Below are positions 24,750 to 39,300 of a stretch of DNA of 64,000 nt, piece after piece. Made by a program: the position numbers and the translations under genes. Below the pieces are notes generated by a model, which was not told the DNA's origin, did no database searches, and saw only the letters and a program-made list of their open reading frames with translations. The stretch comes from Monocercomonoides exilis PA203 (lineage: Eukaryota > Protista > Preaxostyla): contig LSRY02000063.1 of assembly GCA_001643675.2 (NCBI GenBank), forward strand, positions 124,001-188,000, in the 5' to 3' direction. How positions within the stretch are numbered: the stretch's first letter is position 1; the number at the start of each line of letters is the position of its first letter.

Positions 24750-27700
24750 ACCCGCTGCATCAGCATAATCAGCAATAACATCGACAGCAACTCTATTATC
24801 TTTCTCTTTACTGTAAACAGCTGCAAAAACAGCGTTGAAACAGGAGGCACCTACACATAAGCAGTGAAGTTACCTCCACTGACGACGATTATTGAAGTAT
24901 ATGCGTTGAATCCATTTCTCGAGCAGCCATTGGAAATGTTGGCTCTGAAGAATAAAGAAGAAAAAGGAGCAATTGTGTTCCTGTTTAGCCTTCCATTTTC
25001 CACTGGATTCGTTATCATCAATGCTGTATTTGCCTCCTCGTTCAGCATACACAATCTTTAAACAGGGTGATGTTGCGCATCACCTCTTCTTCCTTCCTCA
25101 CCTTCACCACCTCGTCCAGAGAGTGCCTCAGTCAAACACCTTTCCTCTGCCACACTGCCTCCAGCGTCCGGTGCCTTATCCTTAATCGGATTAACACATA
25201 CAACTCTCCGACTCCAATTGACGGCAGTGCAAACAACCACTGCTCCACTCAGTCCATCGAGCACAGCATCAGCGCAAGATAATTCACCCGCTTTCTGCAC
25301 AGCACTTTCACCAGCCGCAACTGCTTAAATATCTCAATCTCGATGTTGTCCTCCTCCACAACGTACACCCGGTTGATAGCCCTGTTCAGCTGCTCCTTCC
25401 ACTCGATCACTAGATCCGTCATCGACTTCTGTATCGGCTGCACCATCACTTTCTTCGCACTGTCCACAAACCTCTATACAACTTTTTGCAAAAGGCTCCC
25501 ACTTTGTGAGAACGTTCGTAGCAGGTCGTATTCCATGTGCAAGAAGTTATTTACAAGCGATACAACACCCAGGAAGGCAGGGAGGGTACTATGAGTGGAG
25601 TAAGGGAGAGCGGAGGAGGAAGATGTAGATGAAGAGGATGAAGAAGAAGAAGAGGAAGATGACGATGTTGATTAAGGTAATGGTGAATGGGAAGAAGAGG
25701 AAGAAGATATAGAAGAAGAGGAGGAAGAGGAAGAGGAAGAAGATGACGATGGAAATAAAGAATTTGTTGCTATTGAAAATGAAAAGAAGAAGAAGAAGAA
25801 GGTTGAGAAAGAAGATCGTTGTGTGGTGAATGAGATGGTTGAAGTGATTGTGAATAAATTGAATGAGAAAGAGGAGGAGAAGAAAGAGAAGGAGAAGAGG
25901 AGGAAGAGGAAGAAGGTGGAAGTGGAAAAGAGGAAGAAGATATAGAAGAAAGGAAGAAGAGGAGGAAGAGGAAGAGGAAGAGGAAGAGGAAGAGGAAGAG
26001 GAAGAGAAAGAGAAAGAGGAAGAGGGAAAGGAAGAAGAGGAAGAGGAAGAAGAAAAGGAGAAGAAGAGAAATAAAACCGGAAGAGGAAGAAGCGAAGCAA
26101 AAGCGGAAGATCTGGTTGATTTGTCGGACACAGCGTTTTTGAGGGAAGTTGATCGAAAGAAGAAGAAAAGAGAAAGGCAACGATCGCTTTCGAGTGGAAG
26201 ACAAGGAAATGACAAAGAGAAGGAGGAGAATGAAAGGAAGACGAAGAAGAAGAAGAAGAAGAAGGAAAAGAAGAAGAAGAAGAAGAAGGAAAAGAAGAAG
26301 AAGAAGTATTAGAAAAAGAATAAGAATTATAAGCATTTGAATTAGAAGAAGAAGGAGGAGGAGGAGGAGGAGGAAAAGAAGAAGAAGAAGAAGCAATTTA
26401 ATTAGAAAAAGAAGCAGAAGAAGAAGTATTAGAAGCAGAAGAAGAGAAAAAAACAGGAGCAAGTGGAGAAGGCTTGAATGTGGTGTGGGACAAACCAGCT
26501 TTTTTCGCATAGTCAAAAGCAGCCGTCTCGAATTTTGCTCTTCTTTTCGTTGCTCTTTCTCTCCTCCTCTCCAAATACCATGCAAATTCATCATCATCAT
26601 CGTCATCATCTTCTTCTTCTTCTTCTTCCTCCTCCTCTTCTTCTTCTTCTTCTTCTTCTTTTTCTTTTTCTTCTTCTCTTTCTCTTTTTTTTTCTTTCTC
26701 TTTTTCTTCATATCATCGTTTTCTTGTAATTCGCTATTGACAATTGGTTTTTTCTTCTTCCCTTCACTTTGCTCATTTTTGCTATGTTTGTGACTTTTTT
26801 CTTTCTTTTTCACAATTTCTTCTTCTTCTTCTTCTTTCATTCTTCATCATCCTCTTCTTTTCCTTCTCCTTCTTCCTCCTCCTCTTCTCCTCTTTCTTCT
26901 TCTCCTTCTCCATTCTCCTCAATATTTCTTTGTCTTCCTCCATCACTTTCATCCTCTTCTCCTTCTCTCTCTTCAATTGCTCTTTCACTTTATCATATTT
27001 CTTTTCTTCCACATTCACACACAAATCTTCTGCTGCTAATTTGATTCCAAAATTCTTCATTCCTTTTCTCTTTTCTTCTTCTCTTTCTCTTTCTCTTTCT
27101 CTTTCTCTTTCTTTCTCCTTTTCCTTCTCTTTCTCTCTCTCCTTCTCTTTCAGCTTCGCTTCTTCTTTCTTTTTGATAGCCAAGTCAAACAAATCGTCTT
27201 CTTCGGGAAACAAATTCGGCTCTTTTGGACGGAAAGGCGTAATTTCTGTGACAGATACAGGGAGAAGAAGATGTTTTAGAGGAAGAAGAAGAAGAATTTG
27301 AAGAAGAAGAAGAGGAGGAGGAGGAGGAGGAGGAGGTGATGGGAGTGGAAGGAGAAGACGAGGGAGAACATGGCTGAGATATTGGATATGAAGAAGAAAA
27401 AGAAGAAAAGAGGATCAAGAAGAAGCAGTTGAGTGCGAAGACAATTCAACGCCGATCGAAGCGCACACTCTGCCCTTCAGCAGGGAGGCTATGTCTGAGT
27501 CCCCGAATACACTCCTCAGCCACGGGTTCGACTTTTTGCTTTCCAAATCCGATTTCAAAGAGAGCAAAAGCAAAACTTCAACCATTGACTCCTTCTTATT
27601 TATCCGAGGCGCGACGATTGTGTTAAAGCCATTTGCAGTGAAGTTCTCTTCATTATTATCATCATCCTCTTCATTCCCATTCATCTTGTACTCTTCTTCA

Positions 27701-28500
27701 TTCACTTCACTTTCCCTCCTTTTCCCCTCGTCTTCTCCCTCTTCTCCCTCTTCTCCCTCTTCTCCCTCTTCTCCATCCTCTCCCTCTTCTCCATCCTCTC
27801 CATCCTCTCCATCCTCTCCATCTTCTGTATTCTCCTCTTCCTCTCCTCATCTGTCACACGCTCCGCCACTCGCTTTGCAACCATCTGCCTCTCTGATGGA
27901 TTCGTCTGACAGTGTTGCAAAGATGATGAAACTGCCTGATGGTAAAGGCGGAGTTGATGTCGCACCTTCCATTCGACTCTGAAAGCTGATAATGGTGAGT
28001 GTGGAGAAGAGGGAATGAAAGAGAGAAAGCGAAATGATTTATCTTCGCCAAAAAGAGTGAGGTGGAGGAAGAGGAAGCTGAAGAAAGAGGTTGCTTTTTG
28101 AAATCATTATGTTTCATTTCAATAGAAGCGCTGATGATTGATTGCTCATATTGAAGTGAACTCCCAACATTGCATCCATTAAAAGCTGAGGATGAAGTGA
28201 AAGAAGGAGAAGAATGGAAAGATGCGGATGAATGGAAGGTATCTGAACGAAAATAAAATTGGAAATTTGTAGACGGATGAGGATGCTGACAGATATTCAG
28301 TGTATTCTTTTTTTATCAAAACTTTGAAAGCTTTTGTGACAACAAAGAAGATAACATTTTCAGCTCCTCTTTTTTCCTCCCAGACTTTTTCAACGCGTTT
28401 TTCTTGTGGAAAAAGAAGAGGAAGAGTATCTTTTTCATTGTATAGCCTAGACTGTTGTTCAGGTTCAGCAAACGAGTCATATAAATCATCTCCAACAATG
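24750..28500 (-). pseudogene. Large low-complexity/helical host-gene remnant with several stops and frameshifts
   Basis: A coding-like frame (...LHMEYDLLRTF..*RFVDSAKKVMVQPIQKSM..LMLCSMD*VEQWLF..) is broken by TAG/TGA. It is interspersed with Ser/Glu/Lys microsatellite tracts. Product not recognised. Confidence 0.45.
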
Positions 28501-29111
28501 TGAATTATTTATTTATTTATTTATTTTATTATTTTTTTTTTTTGTATAAATTTGTTTTTTAATTCTGAAGAGATGGAAATGGTTTATTATGTTTCTTTTT
28601 TATCAAACGCATATAAACTTATTCTTTTTCTTCGCCTTCATTTGTTGTTTAAATAATTCCATTTTCCTCTTTTTCAACAAGTTTTATTTCAAACGTTTAT
28701 TCTATTTTTTGTTTTGGAGAAAAAAGTTGAAATTGAATTTTTTGATTGAATAATTGAGTTCAGTCGATAAAAAAACAGAAAATGTTATGAAAAGAGAAGA
28801 TACAATTTTTGCAGTTGAGAAGATAATTGATAATTGAATAGATGAATTGTGAAATATAAAAATATTTCAAAATTATTGGGTTATATCCAAATCAGAAAAT
28901 TTGTAATGATTAATTACATGGAAGTTATCTTTTATTTAATAATCATTTCACTGTTTTGAACAAAGGAAAAGAAGTCTTTCAAGAAATACATTTTTGATAA
29001 TATCAAATGATATATAAAAAGTGTATTGAAATATTCGAATAGCAATAATTGATTCGTTTTTGTTTTCTCTCACATTAACATAATACTTCAAAGCACTCGT
29101 AATTTATTTCT

Positions 29112-29950
29112 TCAACATTTGCTTGGAATTAAAGTTAATGTGTTGTGAAAGCTTGCAATAAAATTATTGAATTTTTTCCCCAACCTTTCAAATGCCTTCT
29201 TTTTCAATTTTTTTCTTTTCGCTCCTTCTTTTTCATCATCTTCCTCATCTTTCAATTTCTTTGAAACATTTATTGAAAACGCTAAACTTTCATATGCCAC
29301 TCCATCATTCAATGTTGGTTGATAAATCTCTTCGAAGATGAGACTCACAGCTCCTCCATTCAGCAAGTCATCAAACTCCACAGGTCTGCTTATCGCTGCT
29401 CCTCTAATACGTGCTATGCAATGATCCCTAATTTCTCTGCTATATTCCTTTGCTGCTCGATACAAATGCACAAGGCTAAAGATAAGCCGAGAATAATCTT
29501 TGCACCACAATTCGCATGCGAAATAGCAAAATTTCAATGTTTCAAGCCATCTCAAGATAATAAGCTCTTCTTTCGTTTCTTTTCCCATTTCCTCTTCTTT
29601 CTCTCTCTTCCAATTCACACAATTTGTCGGCTCTACCAATTCTCTTCTTGCTTCTTTCAGAAAATGCAGTTTATTTCCAATAACTTCTTCCAAGCTTTTG
29701 TCAGTGTGCAATCTGTCTTTCAAAAATTCCCAAGCAGATTGACATGCCAATCGAGTCAGATTTCTATGCTCCTGATGATGCAGGATTATTTCGATCATTT
29801 CATTCAAATACTGTTCTCTTTTTATTTTTTTTTTAAAAAAAATCGGAAAAAATCAATAATATTAAAAGTTAAATAGCAATGCTCATACGTAACTCCAAAA
29901 ATTGCTCAAAGCCAAAAAAAGTCATTTCCACTTCTTTTTGAGTCTCTTAG
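29112..29950 (-). pseudogene. Truncated paralog of the 4883-6217 family
   Basis: HRNLTRLACQSAWEFL..DKSLEEVI matches exon 2 of 4883-6217. Only a frameshifted TQKEVEM remnant of exon 1 survives near 29900-29945. Confidence 0.75.
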
Positions 29951-31308
29951 CGATGCTCTTTGTTAAAGGAAATTCATAGCCTATGCTTTGTGTTTTGTGC
30001 ATAATCATTTTAATCATCCAATTTAGAAAACAATTCTGAAATGTTTAAAATATAGAGAAGAAATGAAATAAACAAGAATTCAAAATAGAAGCAATCGCAA
30101 GCAAGTGTGATTTTCAATTACAGATTTCTCCTACATGCTTGCAAGAATGAATTATTTTTTAAAATGAACATTTTCATCGTTTATATTGAATGAGCGAATC
30201 TTTGGATATAAGAAATTTGAGTAAAATAATAACTTTAAAAAGCAACAAACTTTCACTGCACTTCCACTTGCTTTGAGTATTGGATATAATAAATGAGGTG
30301 TTTAAATGAAATATTTTATTTATTTATTTATTTGTGATATTATGGTATAAAAATGGACTTTTTTTACATCACTAATTAATGCTAAAGATTTTTGGCCAAT
30401 AAAAATGTTTCATACAAATTAATTAAGTAATACTAATTTATAATTTTGATTCAATTCCTTTTCTTTTCTTTCCATTTAATTCTTTGCTTTGAACTGCATG
30501 AAAATGATTTTTTTAGAAAATCATCATGTGACTTAAAGCATATTTTAAGATTTTAATAATTATTTATGCATGTATTTCATATGTTGTGCGTCTTCATTAG
30601 TCAAAATTTGAATAGTTTCGAAGTCGAAAAATTTAATTGAATAATTATGATTTCAAAAATAATGTGCCATATGTTAAATTGAAACCAACATTTCCTATTC
30701 TGATAAGAGCTCAACATCCAAATCACAACAACACTGATTTCCCCAGAAAAGTAATTTAAAAGGTTTGTATTTGGATATAATAAAAGAATTGGAAATATAA
30801 TGATCAAAAACCAAAAATGAAAAGAAAACAAGGAATAGAAATAATCAAAAACATACACACATCTGTGCATTTCATGATAAAGTGATCATGAACTTCAGAA
30901 TTTAGCAAATGAACTTAGTTTTTCTATTTTTTGATTCAATTAATAGCAGTTATATATTGAAACAAGATTTCGATAAGTTCGTTCAGTTTAATCTATTTCA
31001 ATTATTATTAGAAACTCATATGAACAAGACGTTCATTCAATTTTTTCATTTTTCTTGAAAACAATTTCTCTCATCGTTTCCACTTTTAAGCGCAAGAAAT
31101 GTTTATTATAACGAAACAGAAACAGCATGATCTGACTTATGGGATAAGTTACTTCAAAATTTTCAACAAAAACTTAAATTAATCGATGAAAAAAGGAGTC
31201 AAACTTTTGAAACAAGAGTTTGTTTTCAAACTTCTGATTTTCCCACAACGATTGGACTTACTAATGAAATTATTGTTGATGTTTTTACTTCTTAAACACG
31301 AAAGCTCT

Positions 31309-32025
31309 GCTAAATGCTTCCTCTCAACCGCATCGAACGGCATTTTGAAATAGGTATATTGAAAATTAATGAAAAGGGACTACTCCCATTATTTTTTTTG
31401 TTTTTTCTGTGAGTGCAAAATTATTTCGAATTCACTTCTTCGTTTGATAACTTCATTTTTTTATGAAATAAAATAACTAGCAATCGACAAAAATGTGTAA
31501 AAGATGTTTTTATTCTGCAGTCGATGAAACCATTTCTTGCCTCAAAAATTTGTTTCCATCACAGAAAATTTTGGTCTATGTGAACAGAAATTTGAAAGAA
31601 ATGGGTGATTATTTTTGAAATCATATATTTTTTCGGGGTGTTGATTTTCAAAGATAGTTAGTTTTTTGAAAGAAGTTTTTGGTCCAAAAGAGAAAAAGTT
31701 TGATAATTGCTTTTGAAAACAAATATCTTTACCGAATAAAAGATTAAAATGCATTCAATAAGCCTTTTCACTTTTCAATGTTCATATGTTAATATTCATG
31801 AAATAATTTTTCACCGAAATTTTTGTATGAAAAGATTTGATTTCAAAAATAATCACCCAAATATGAAATTTTTATTCAATTTGACAATAAAACAAAAGGA
31901 ACTTTACAAAAAAATTCAGACATTTTAACTTCAAAAATAATGAAATATCTTGTTTGGACACATACATTCTTCATTTTATCGAAATTTAGTGAAATGGAAA
32001 AAATAATAAAAAAACGAAGTGTTAA
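31309..32025 (-). repeat. 717-bp inverted repeat, copy 2 (includes MITE 31603-31858 and the Merlin transposase 5' end)
   Basis: Reverse complement of 12849-13565; one mismatch noticed by eye (at 13545). Confidence 0.95.
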
Positions 32026-32506
32026 ACAATGAAAAATAACCAAAATTATAAAGAAGTTATGTTCAATAACAATAACAATACTTAAAAATCTCAAAACAAA
32101 AAGCTCATGAAAATACGAGCAAGGCTTTGATCTTAAAAATAAAACAAAAAACACCAGATCTTTTCACAAAAATTAAAATTTGAAAAAATATATTCCGTAA
32201 TAGATTATTATAATATATTAAAAATTTTCTATAATTCAATTTTTTCCAAAAGTGCTCTGGAAAGCCAGAAATTCTAGGTTCCGAAAAAAAAGGGGGGTAT
32301 ATGAAAAATAACTTACCTTATATCCTTTTTGTGTAATAAATCCATTATCAATCATCTTTTTGAAGGAAATATTAATCAACTAATAAACATTTTAAAATAA
32401 TAATTTTTATATTGAAACACTGACCATTTGATCCTTTTTTCAATTATTTGGAATATAGTTTGATTTGAACATTTTTGAAATTCATGAATAAACTTTTCAT
32501 TTTTTT

Positions 32507-32507
<1 letters not shown>

Positions 32508-32549
<42 letters not shown>
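32508..32549 (+). repeat. A42 homopolymer, 15 nt downstream of AATAAA
   Basis: Direct count; AATAAA at 32487-32492. Confidence 0.9.
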
Positions 32550-32552
<3 letters not shown>

Positions 32553-33393
32553 AATTTGTGAAAAATCCATAATCTCACAATCATTGTACTGTCAAAGAAA
32601 AGTCTTGTTAATTATGAATTGGTAAAAATCGAAAAAGAAATTTCACTTCTTTTTTCTTTTAAAAATGAACACCATTTGCAGTTCAACAGCCTTCAAAAAT
32701 TGTTCCAATAAAAAATTGTTCTTATTTAGTAACAAACCAAACAAATTTCGGAAAGATTTAAAATGCTCATAAAAATAAGAGATTTGTGAAAACAAGTTAG
32801 CTACTAATTCTTGATTAAAGTCAAATTGTGAATTGAATAAACTGAGAGTTTTCACTGAAAGAATTTGAAAATAAATGAATATTGACATGAAATAAAAATC
32901 AGTTCAACTCAATAATCTCTCAAATCAAAATGAAAATAAACTCATCAACAAATATTCTTTAGATAATGGGGAAAAAAAAAAATAATTATAAATTGTGAAC
33001 GCAAGGGTGTGGAATTACATATATAAACACGTTGTTGAAGATAAAAGGTGTTGGAGTCACAATATCAACAAAAACAAAAAGACATCTCTTTTATGAGTGT
33101 CACTCTCAAAAGATGTGAAACAAAACTGATTGCAAAAGATGAAATCAAGAATATATAATACAGTTAACATTCACATGATTTAATCACAAAACCCAAACAA
33201 TTTGTTAACAAAATCTCATTCAACAAAAATAGAAATTTTGAATTTAAACAAAAATTCAACAAAATTCAACAATAACAAAAATATATTGAAGTTGCTTTCA
33301 AAAAAACAAAAAAAATTAGAAAAAACACATCAAATCTGTTCATATTCTTCATTCATTCATCAGAATGTTTCCCTTTGTTTGGAATTAGCTTTT

Positions 33394-36300
33394 TCATTGT
33401 GCAGCATTCTCATTCGAATTTGTCCCACTTTCATCACTTTTCTCACATCCACTTTTTTTCATTTCCTTTTCTTCAGAGGACTCTTCCAATTCAATCGCAT
33501 CTGACATCGTCACAATCACCATCTCCGCTGGAAAGCGCTTCATGAACTCTCGCTTCAGCTGCGTGAGTGACGGACGGTCTTCTGCTGACGAAGAAATGCA
33601 ATTCTTGATGGTTTCAAAATATGAGTTTGCTTCCAATTCCTCCAATGCAGGTATTTCTCCATTCACAATCTTCTGCCCTGCTCCCTCCCCATCATACTCC
33701 CCAAACGGGATCTGAAGAGTCAGGCACTCCCACAGCAACATCCCAATCGAGAATACCACAGATTCCTTTGTTGCTCCCATCTTCTTGTTGATCAGCAGCT
33801 CGGGTGCCTTCCACCTCAGGCACTCTTTTTTGAAATCATTTTCATCCTCGAATGCTGATGAGGGCAGAGAATCATCATCATCATCATCATCACTGACAGA
33901 TGTCACAATGGTTGAAGAAGAGATTGATGATAAGTCGGAATCTGAATCATCAGATAAAAGCAAATCTGAATGCAAAACAATGCATATGACCATGTGCTCA
34001 GAGAAAAGAATAATGTGTGGGCTGAGATTGGCAAGAGAAGATAATCCATTTTCCATTTCATCAAATGAGTGGAGAGCAAGATTGGCCAACCAGAATAGTA
34101 CCTGGGCAGCTGTCTGCTCCCTCTCATTCAACGAACCAATTGGCATCTCTTTTGTCTTATTCCTTCCATGAAGCAGCATGAACAGCGAATCCCTCAGATC
34201 CACAATCAGTTTCTCATAAGGCGATGAACAGGCCATTGCATCTACCAGATTCGACATAGAAGAGGTGGTTGGACACAGATCCTCCCCCCGAACAAATGTT
34301 GAATCTGAATCCGAATCAGTTGCTGAAGTGGATGAGATGGATGGTGAGGGAGTTCGCTTTCTTGCCTCCTCAACCTCAATTTCCTTTTCGTCAACCTTCT
34401 CCAACATCCATTGAGGAATCTTGTCTGAATCTCTTCCCAAAATGTATTCAGTGGAGCCGCTCTCAGAGAGAAGATGCTCAGATGACTCCGAATGTCCCAA
34501 GCTTTTTTCATACACCCTCTTCTTTATCCTCTCCTCATTCTTCTTCTCTGTCTCCCTTTCTGCTCTCCTCCATTGCTCCTCTGGTGACATCTCCATTGTC
34601 ACCATCTCAAATGCCTTCGGATCCTTCTTGATGTTGTCATTCACAATCTCTCTCAGATCTTTCGCTTCATTCTTTGCCTTTCTCCATCGAACAATAAATG
34701 CAATTGCAACGATAAGAACAATCATCAGAATAACTGCCATGATAATCACAATCAACAACCAATAGGATTTTCCTTCTTTTCCTCCTTTTCCTCCTTCAAC
34801 AATCTTTTCATCATCTTTTTGTTTTGTTTCACTTGCATTCTTCAGAATGAATGACTGAGTTGATGATGGAGATTCTGCATTCTCAAATAAAATATGCACA
34901 CTCACCTCAACATCATCTCCGCAACCGCTAATAAGATCTTTTCCCACACTTCCTTCTGCTTCATTTTCTGATAAAAATCCATTTGAATCAAAATCATGCT
35001 TTTCAATCTCTTTCTCTTCTCCCTTCCTCTTCACAACTGCGAATGACAGATTGCATGGAATAAGAAGCAATCCTTTGAATATCAGCTTCATTCGATTTGC
35101 CTCTTCTTTTGCTTCCACACTCTCCAATGTTGGAATGAAAAACGATGAATCCCTTTCTGAAACAATCCCTTCAAAACTGCACCCTTCATTCAACATCCAA
35201 AGTGATGAATTTGGCAAAACTCCATCTCCTCCTTTCAAACTCACCACATTCAATATTCCTGAATCTGAGCAAATGATGTTTCTTCTCATTGATGGATATT
35301 CTTCAATTGAGGGATTATTGTTCTCAAATCTTCCATCATTAACAGTCAACTCCCCTCCACCCATTGTTATTCCCCCCTCTGGTGAATTCATGATTGTTGC
35401 ATCTTTCATCATCACTGAACTGTTGGAGACACCCACAAGAGATCCATCCCATCTGCACATCTCCTCTTCGTCATTCAAATATTGCTCATTTCTTTCCTTT
35501 ATTCCTCCATCAAACAAGCATGATCCAATCAGCACATCCACACACTCACAAATCTCCACCATTCTCCCTTTCTCATCCGTGCCCTTGCATCGAGCAAAAG
35601 AGCAGTTCAGCACACTCATTCTCTTTTCAGCTCCTTCCATCTTCATCACACTCTCATTCCCACAAACTGAGTTATTCTCAAAATTCACATCCTTCATCTC
35701 CATATCAACCTTCCCTCCAACACAAATCAAACTACATTCACTCATCACATCCCAAACTCCAATCTCACTCATCGAAACCTTTCCCTCTTTGGTGAACGAG
35801 AGAAGTGGTGCTGTGGTGTGAATCCCATCAAATGTTGTTTCTGTCATCTTCAGCTCTCCACTCTCAACACTCACAATCCTGCTCCTCATCACCAGATCCA
35901 TCGTTGCTGAGCTGAACAAACACTCCGAAATCTCCAATCTCCCATCCTTCTCTTTCACAATGCTTTCCTCATCCCATCCAAACATCTCCCCAAACACAAA
36001 TCCACATCTCTCCACAACACACTCATCAACAAACACAATCGCACTCCCTCCATTCATTTCATCTTCTTCAATCATTGTGTTCAAATGAATGGTTGCCTGC
36101 GCTCTCTTCAATGATTTCACATTCAAATCTCCAATCTCACACACTCCCCCAATCAGACATTCTCCATCAATCCACAATACATTCATGAGATTCTTTTCGA
36201 TGTGCTTTACACTGCAGCTGATGCTTTGGCATGGATTCTCCTGTGCCCCACACTGTCTGCTCTCACTCCCATTCACCGATACAAACACCTGAGGGGAGTA

Positions 36301-39300
36301 ATAGAATGTGATCAGTGGAATCAGATCAACATCAATTTCATTGACTGCATCCCTCCCACAAATCGAATTGTTCGACCTCAAAGCATCCTGGCTGAAGTCC
36401 AGAACAAACAGCGTCTCATTCACCTGCCCTGCAATCGAATAGCACTTGATGAACACATCCTTCCCAACATACGCTTCATTCATCACAAATCGAATGTTTT
36501 CCAGTCTCACCCCAAGAGCTGGCATTTCCTTTTCAACTGATTCAGCTTTCGGATCAACTGCATCAATCATCATCCCTCCTCCTCTCCCATCCATTGTTGA
36601 GCATTCACACATCACAAACGAGCATCCTCTCACTTTCAATTCTGACTCCCCACTCTTCAGACACACCTTCACTCCTCCCCCTTCCTCGCTCATCTCGCTC
36701 ACACACTTCGTCAGCACACACCCTTCCATCACACACTCCACACCAACCCCGAACGAATCCACACTCACAATACATGCTCCATTCTCTCCACATGAAATGT
36801 TTGTGAATGTCGACTCATTCACTCTCACAACTGTGTTCGCGTTTCTTTCTTCTCTTTTCGCGAATTGGAAATTGTGTGATCCCTCAGTCAGCGAGATCAG
36901 GCTTCCCCCTGATATTGTTGTGTTCAATATCGACACATTCACCACTGAAATCACTTCCACTTCTGCTCCAAACTCCACAAACCCTTTCGCCACACTCAAC
37001 TCAGAAAGCATGAAATCCTCAATTGCAACACTTCCTCCATCCACTCTCACAACACAATACTTCATCTCTCTCCTTTCTTCCTCACAATCTATCGAACAAC
37101 TCGCAACTGAAAGCATTGCAGAGGATGATGAAGATTGAATGAATGATGAATGCCTCCCCAATTCATTCGGCATTGTGAATGATATGTTCTTGAATGAAAG
37201 ATGGACATTCGAAACAACCATCGATTCACCTTCTCCATTTCTATCCATTTCTCTCACTTTCAAAACTGTCCCTTTCTTTTCTCCCTCAATTGTCACAATG
37301 GGAGTTTCTGTCAATGAAGGAGGTGATGGAAATGATATTCCTCTGTTGAGTGATCCTGTTCCAACAATGTTGATGTGTGATTCTCCTTCTCCAAGTGGTT
37401 CATATCTCAGTGATATCAAGTGCTCAATCGATGAACATGGCACTTCTGAATACCCACATCCGCTGAAGTCTCCTCCTCCATCTTTCGAAACAAACCCATT
37501 CCCGCTCCAATTATCCCACAAATACACAACCAGTGGAATCACATATCCTTCCTCTCCTGTTGTCTTCCTCTCCCATCCACACAACTCATCAAACGATCTC
37601 AACTCCTCTGAACTCATCTCCCATTTGAAGTTCTCTTTGTTCACAACCTCACTCAGATTCCATCCTGAAACAAACACATTCTTCCCTTTCCAGGCATTGC
37701 ATCCCTCAAATGTCATTCCTTCCAAAACAAATGTTCCCATTTGATTGGGAAGTTCAACAAACATCCCTCCTCCAATTCCTCTTCCTCCATCCTCTCCATC
37801 CTCTGTTGGCACTTCACATTCAGATAAATTCACATTTTTCATTTCCAGACTCCCTCCCTTCCCCACTGATATCATCATCCCTCCTCCTTTCATCCCATTT
37901 CCACCTGAACATCTCGAGGATATATTGCTTTCTTCAATACAAACACTTCCCCCTTCTTCCTTCATCACAAAATTCAAACATCCTCCTCCAATTCCACCTT
38001 CCACTTCCACCTCCACTCCACTCACTCTGCTGTTCAAAATCTCCAATCTCATTCCCTCACTCATTGATATTGGTGATTTCCCATTCGTTGTCACTGACCC
38101 TTCCATCACAAATCCATTCATAATTAATTCTCCTCCCTCGATGTTTATCACATTATATCCTATCTTTCCATCAGTCAATGCCCCACTCTCAAATGAGACT
38201 GAACAGTTCGTCACACTGAGTGTTGAATTTGAGTGAATAAATGCACTTCTCCTTGGATTCATCTGACCTTTCACAACAAATGAAAGTCTACTCATTGTCA
38301 GTGAACTCGAACATCCAACAAGCCATTCTTGTGTGGCTGATCCTCCATCACTCACATTCACTCCCATCCTCTCCCCCTCTGATGTTGATAATGCTATTCT
38401 GCCTGAAATTATCACACAAAATGATGGCCCTGTTATTTCCTTGGTTATTGATGAAGATGAAACAACCTCTATTTCTTTTGAACTTTCACTCAATCTTGAG
38501 TTTGCACAATAATCAACTGTCAAACACCCAAACCCTTCAAATCCACAATGATTGTGATCCTTTCCATTTCCTCCACTCCCATCAACAATCACTTTTGTCC
38601 CCATTGAGCACAGATAAATAAACAGTGGAATCACTTCATCTTCTTCCCCATTTTCACTCCCACTCAGTCTCAACATATCGGATGGAATGACACTTGTGTC
38701 AAAAAATGAAAATGAGCTGGTGTTCACTTTTGACTCCAAAAACACTCCACTCCCACAATGAACAAATACATCCTTCCCATATGTTGCCATATTCTCCTTC
38801 ACTTTCGAAAACTCAACATTCTCTCCAATTGTCAATCCACATTCCTCACTCTCCATCAATACAAACATCCCTCCTCCTCTCCCTCCTCTCCCTCCATTAT
38901 TCTCTGCCTTGCATCCATCAATCACACTCGTTCCACTCACAACCACTTCTCCATCTCCAATGAAATGCACGTTCATTCCTCCTCCATTTCCCTCCTCGCA
39001 CTCACAATCCTCAATTGTTATGTTGCTCACCACAAATGTCTCTTCTGACTTAACATTCTTTGCCACAACCACCCCATCTCCACTCCTCAACTTCACATTC
39101 TGAATTGTCACATTTGACAAAACACTTTCTTTTGATGAATGTTCTGGCTCAGAAAACAGTGGTTCTGAGACATTCATATCTTTGATCTCCACATCAGCCA
39201 TCGATAGCTGCGACAGTGGAACCACAAACAAAGAAGATGATATCACATATTCTCCTGTGTCACTCGTGGTGATCACAACATCCTCCAATGAAAGTGACCC

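Noticed and set aside
25589-27982. Many poly-Leu/Phe/Arg/Ser ORFs (also at 45050-46512, 50498-53759 and 59112-59492)
   Set aside because: They are alternate-frame or antisense readings of (GAA)/(TCT) tracts within real genes or pseudogenes.
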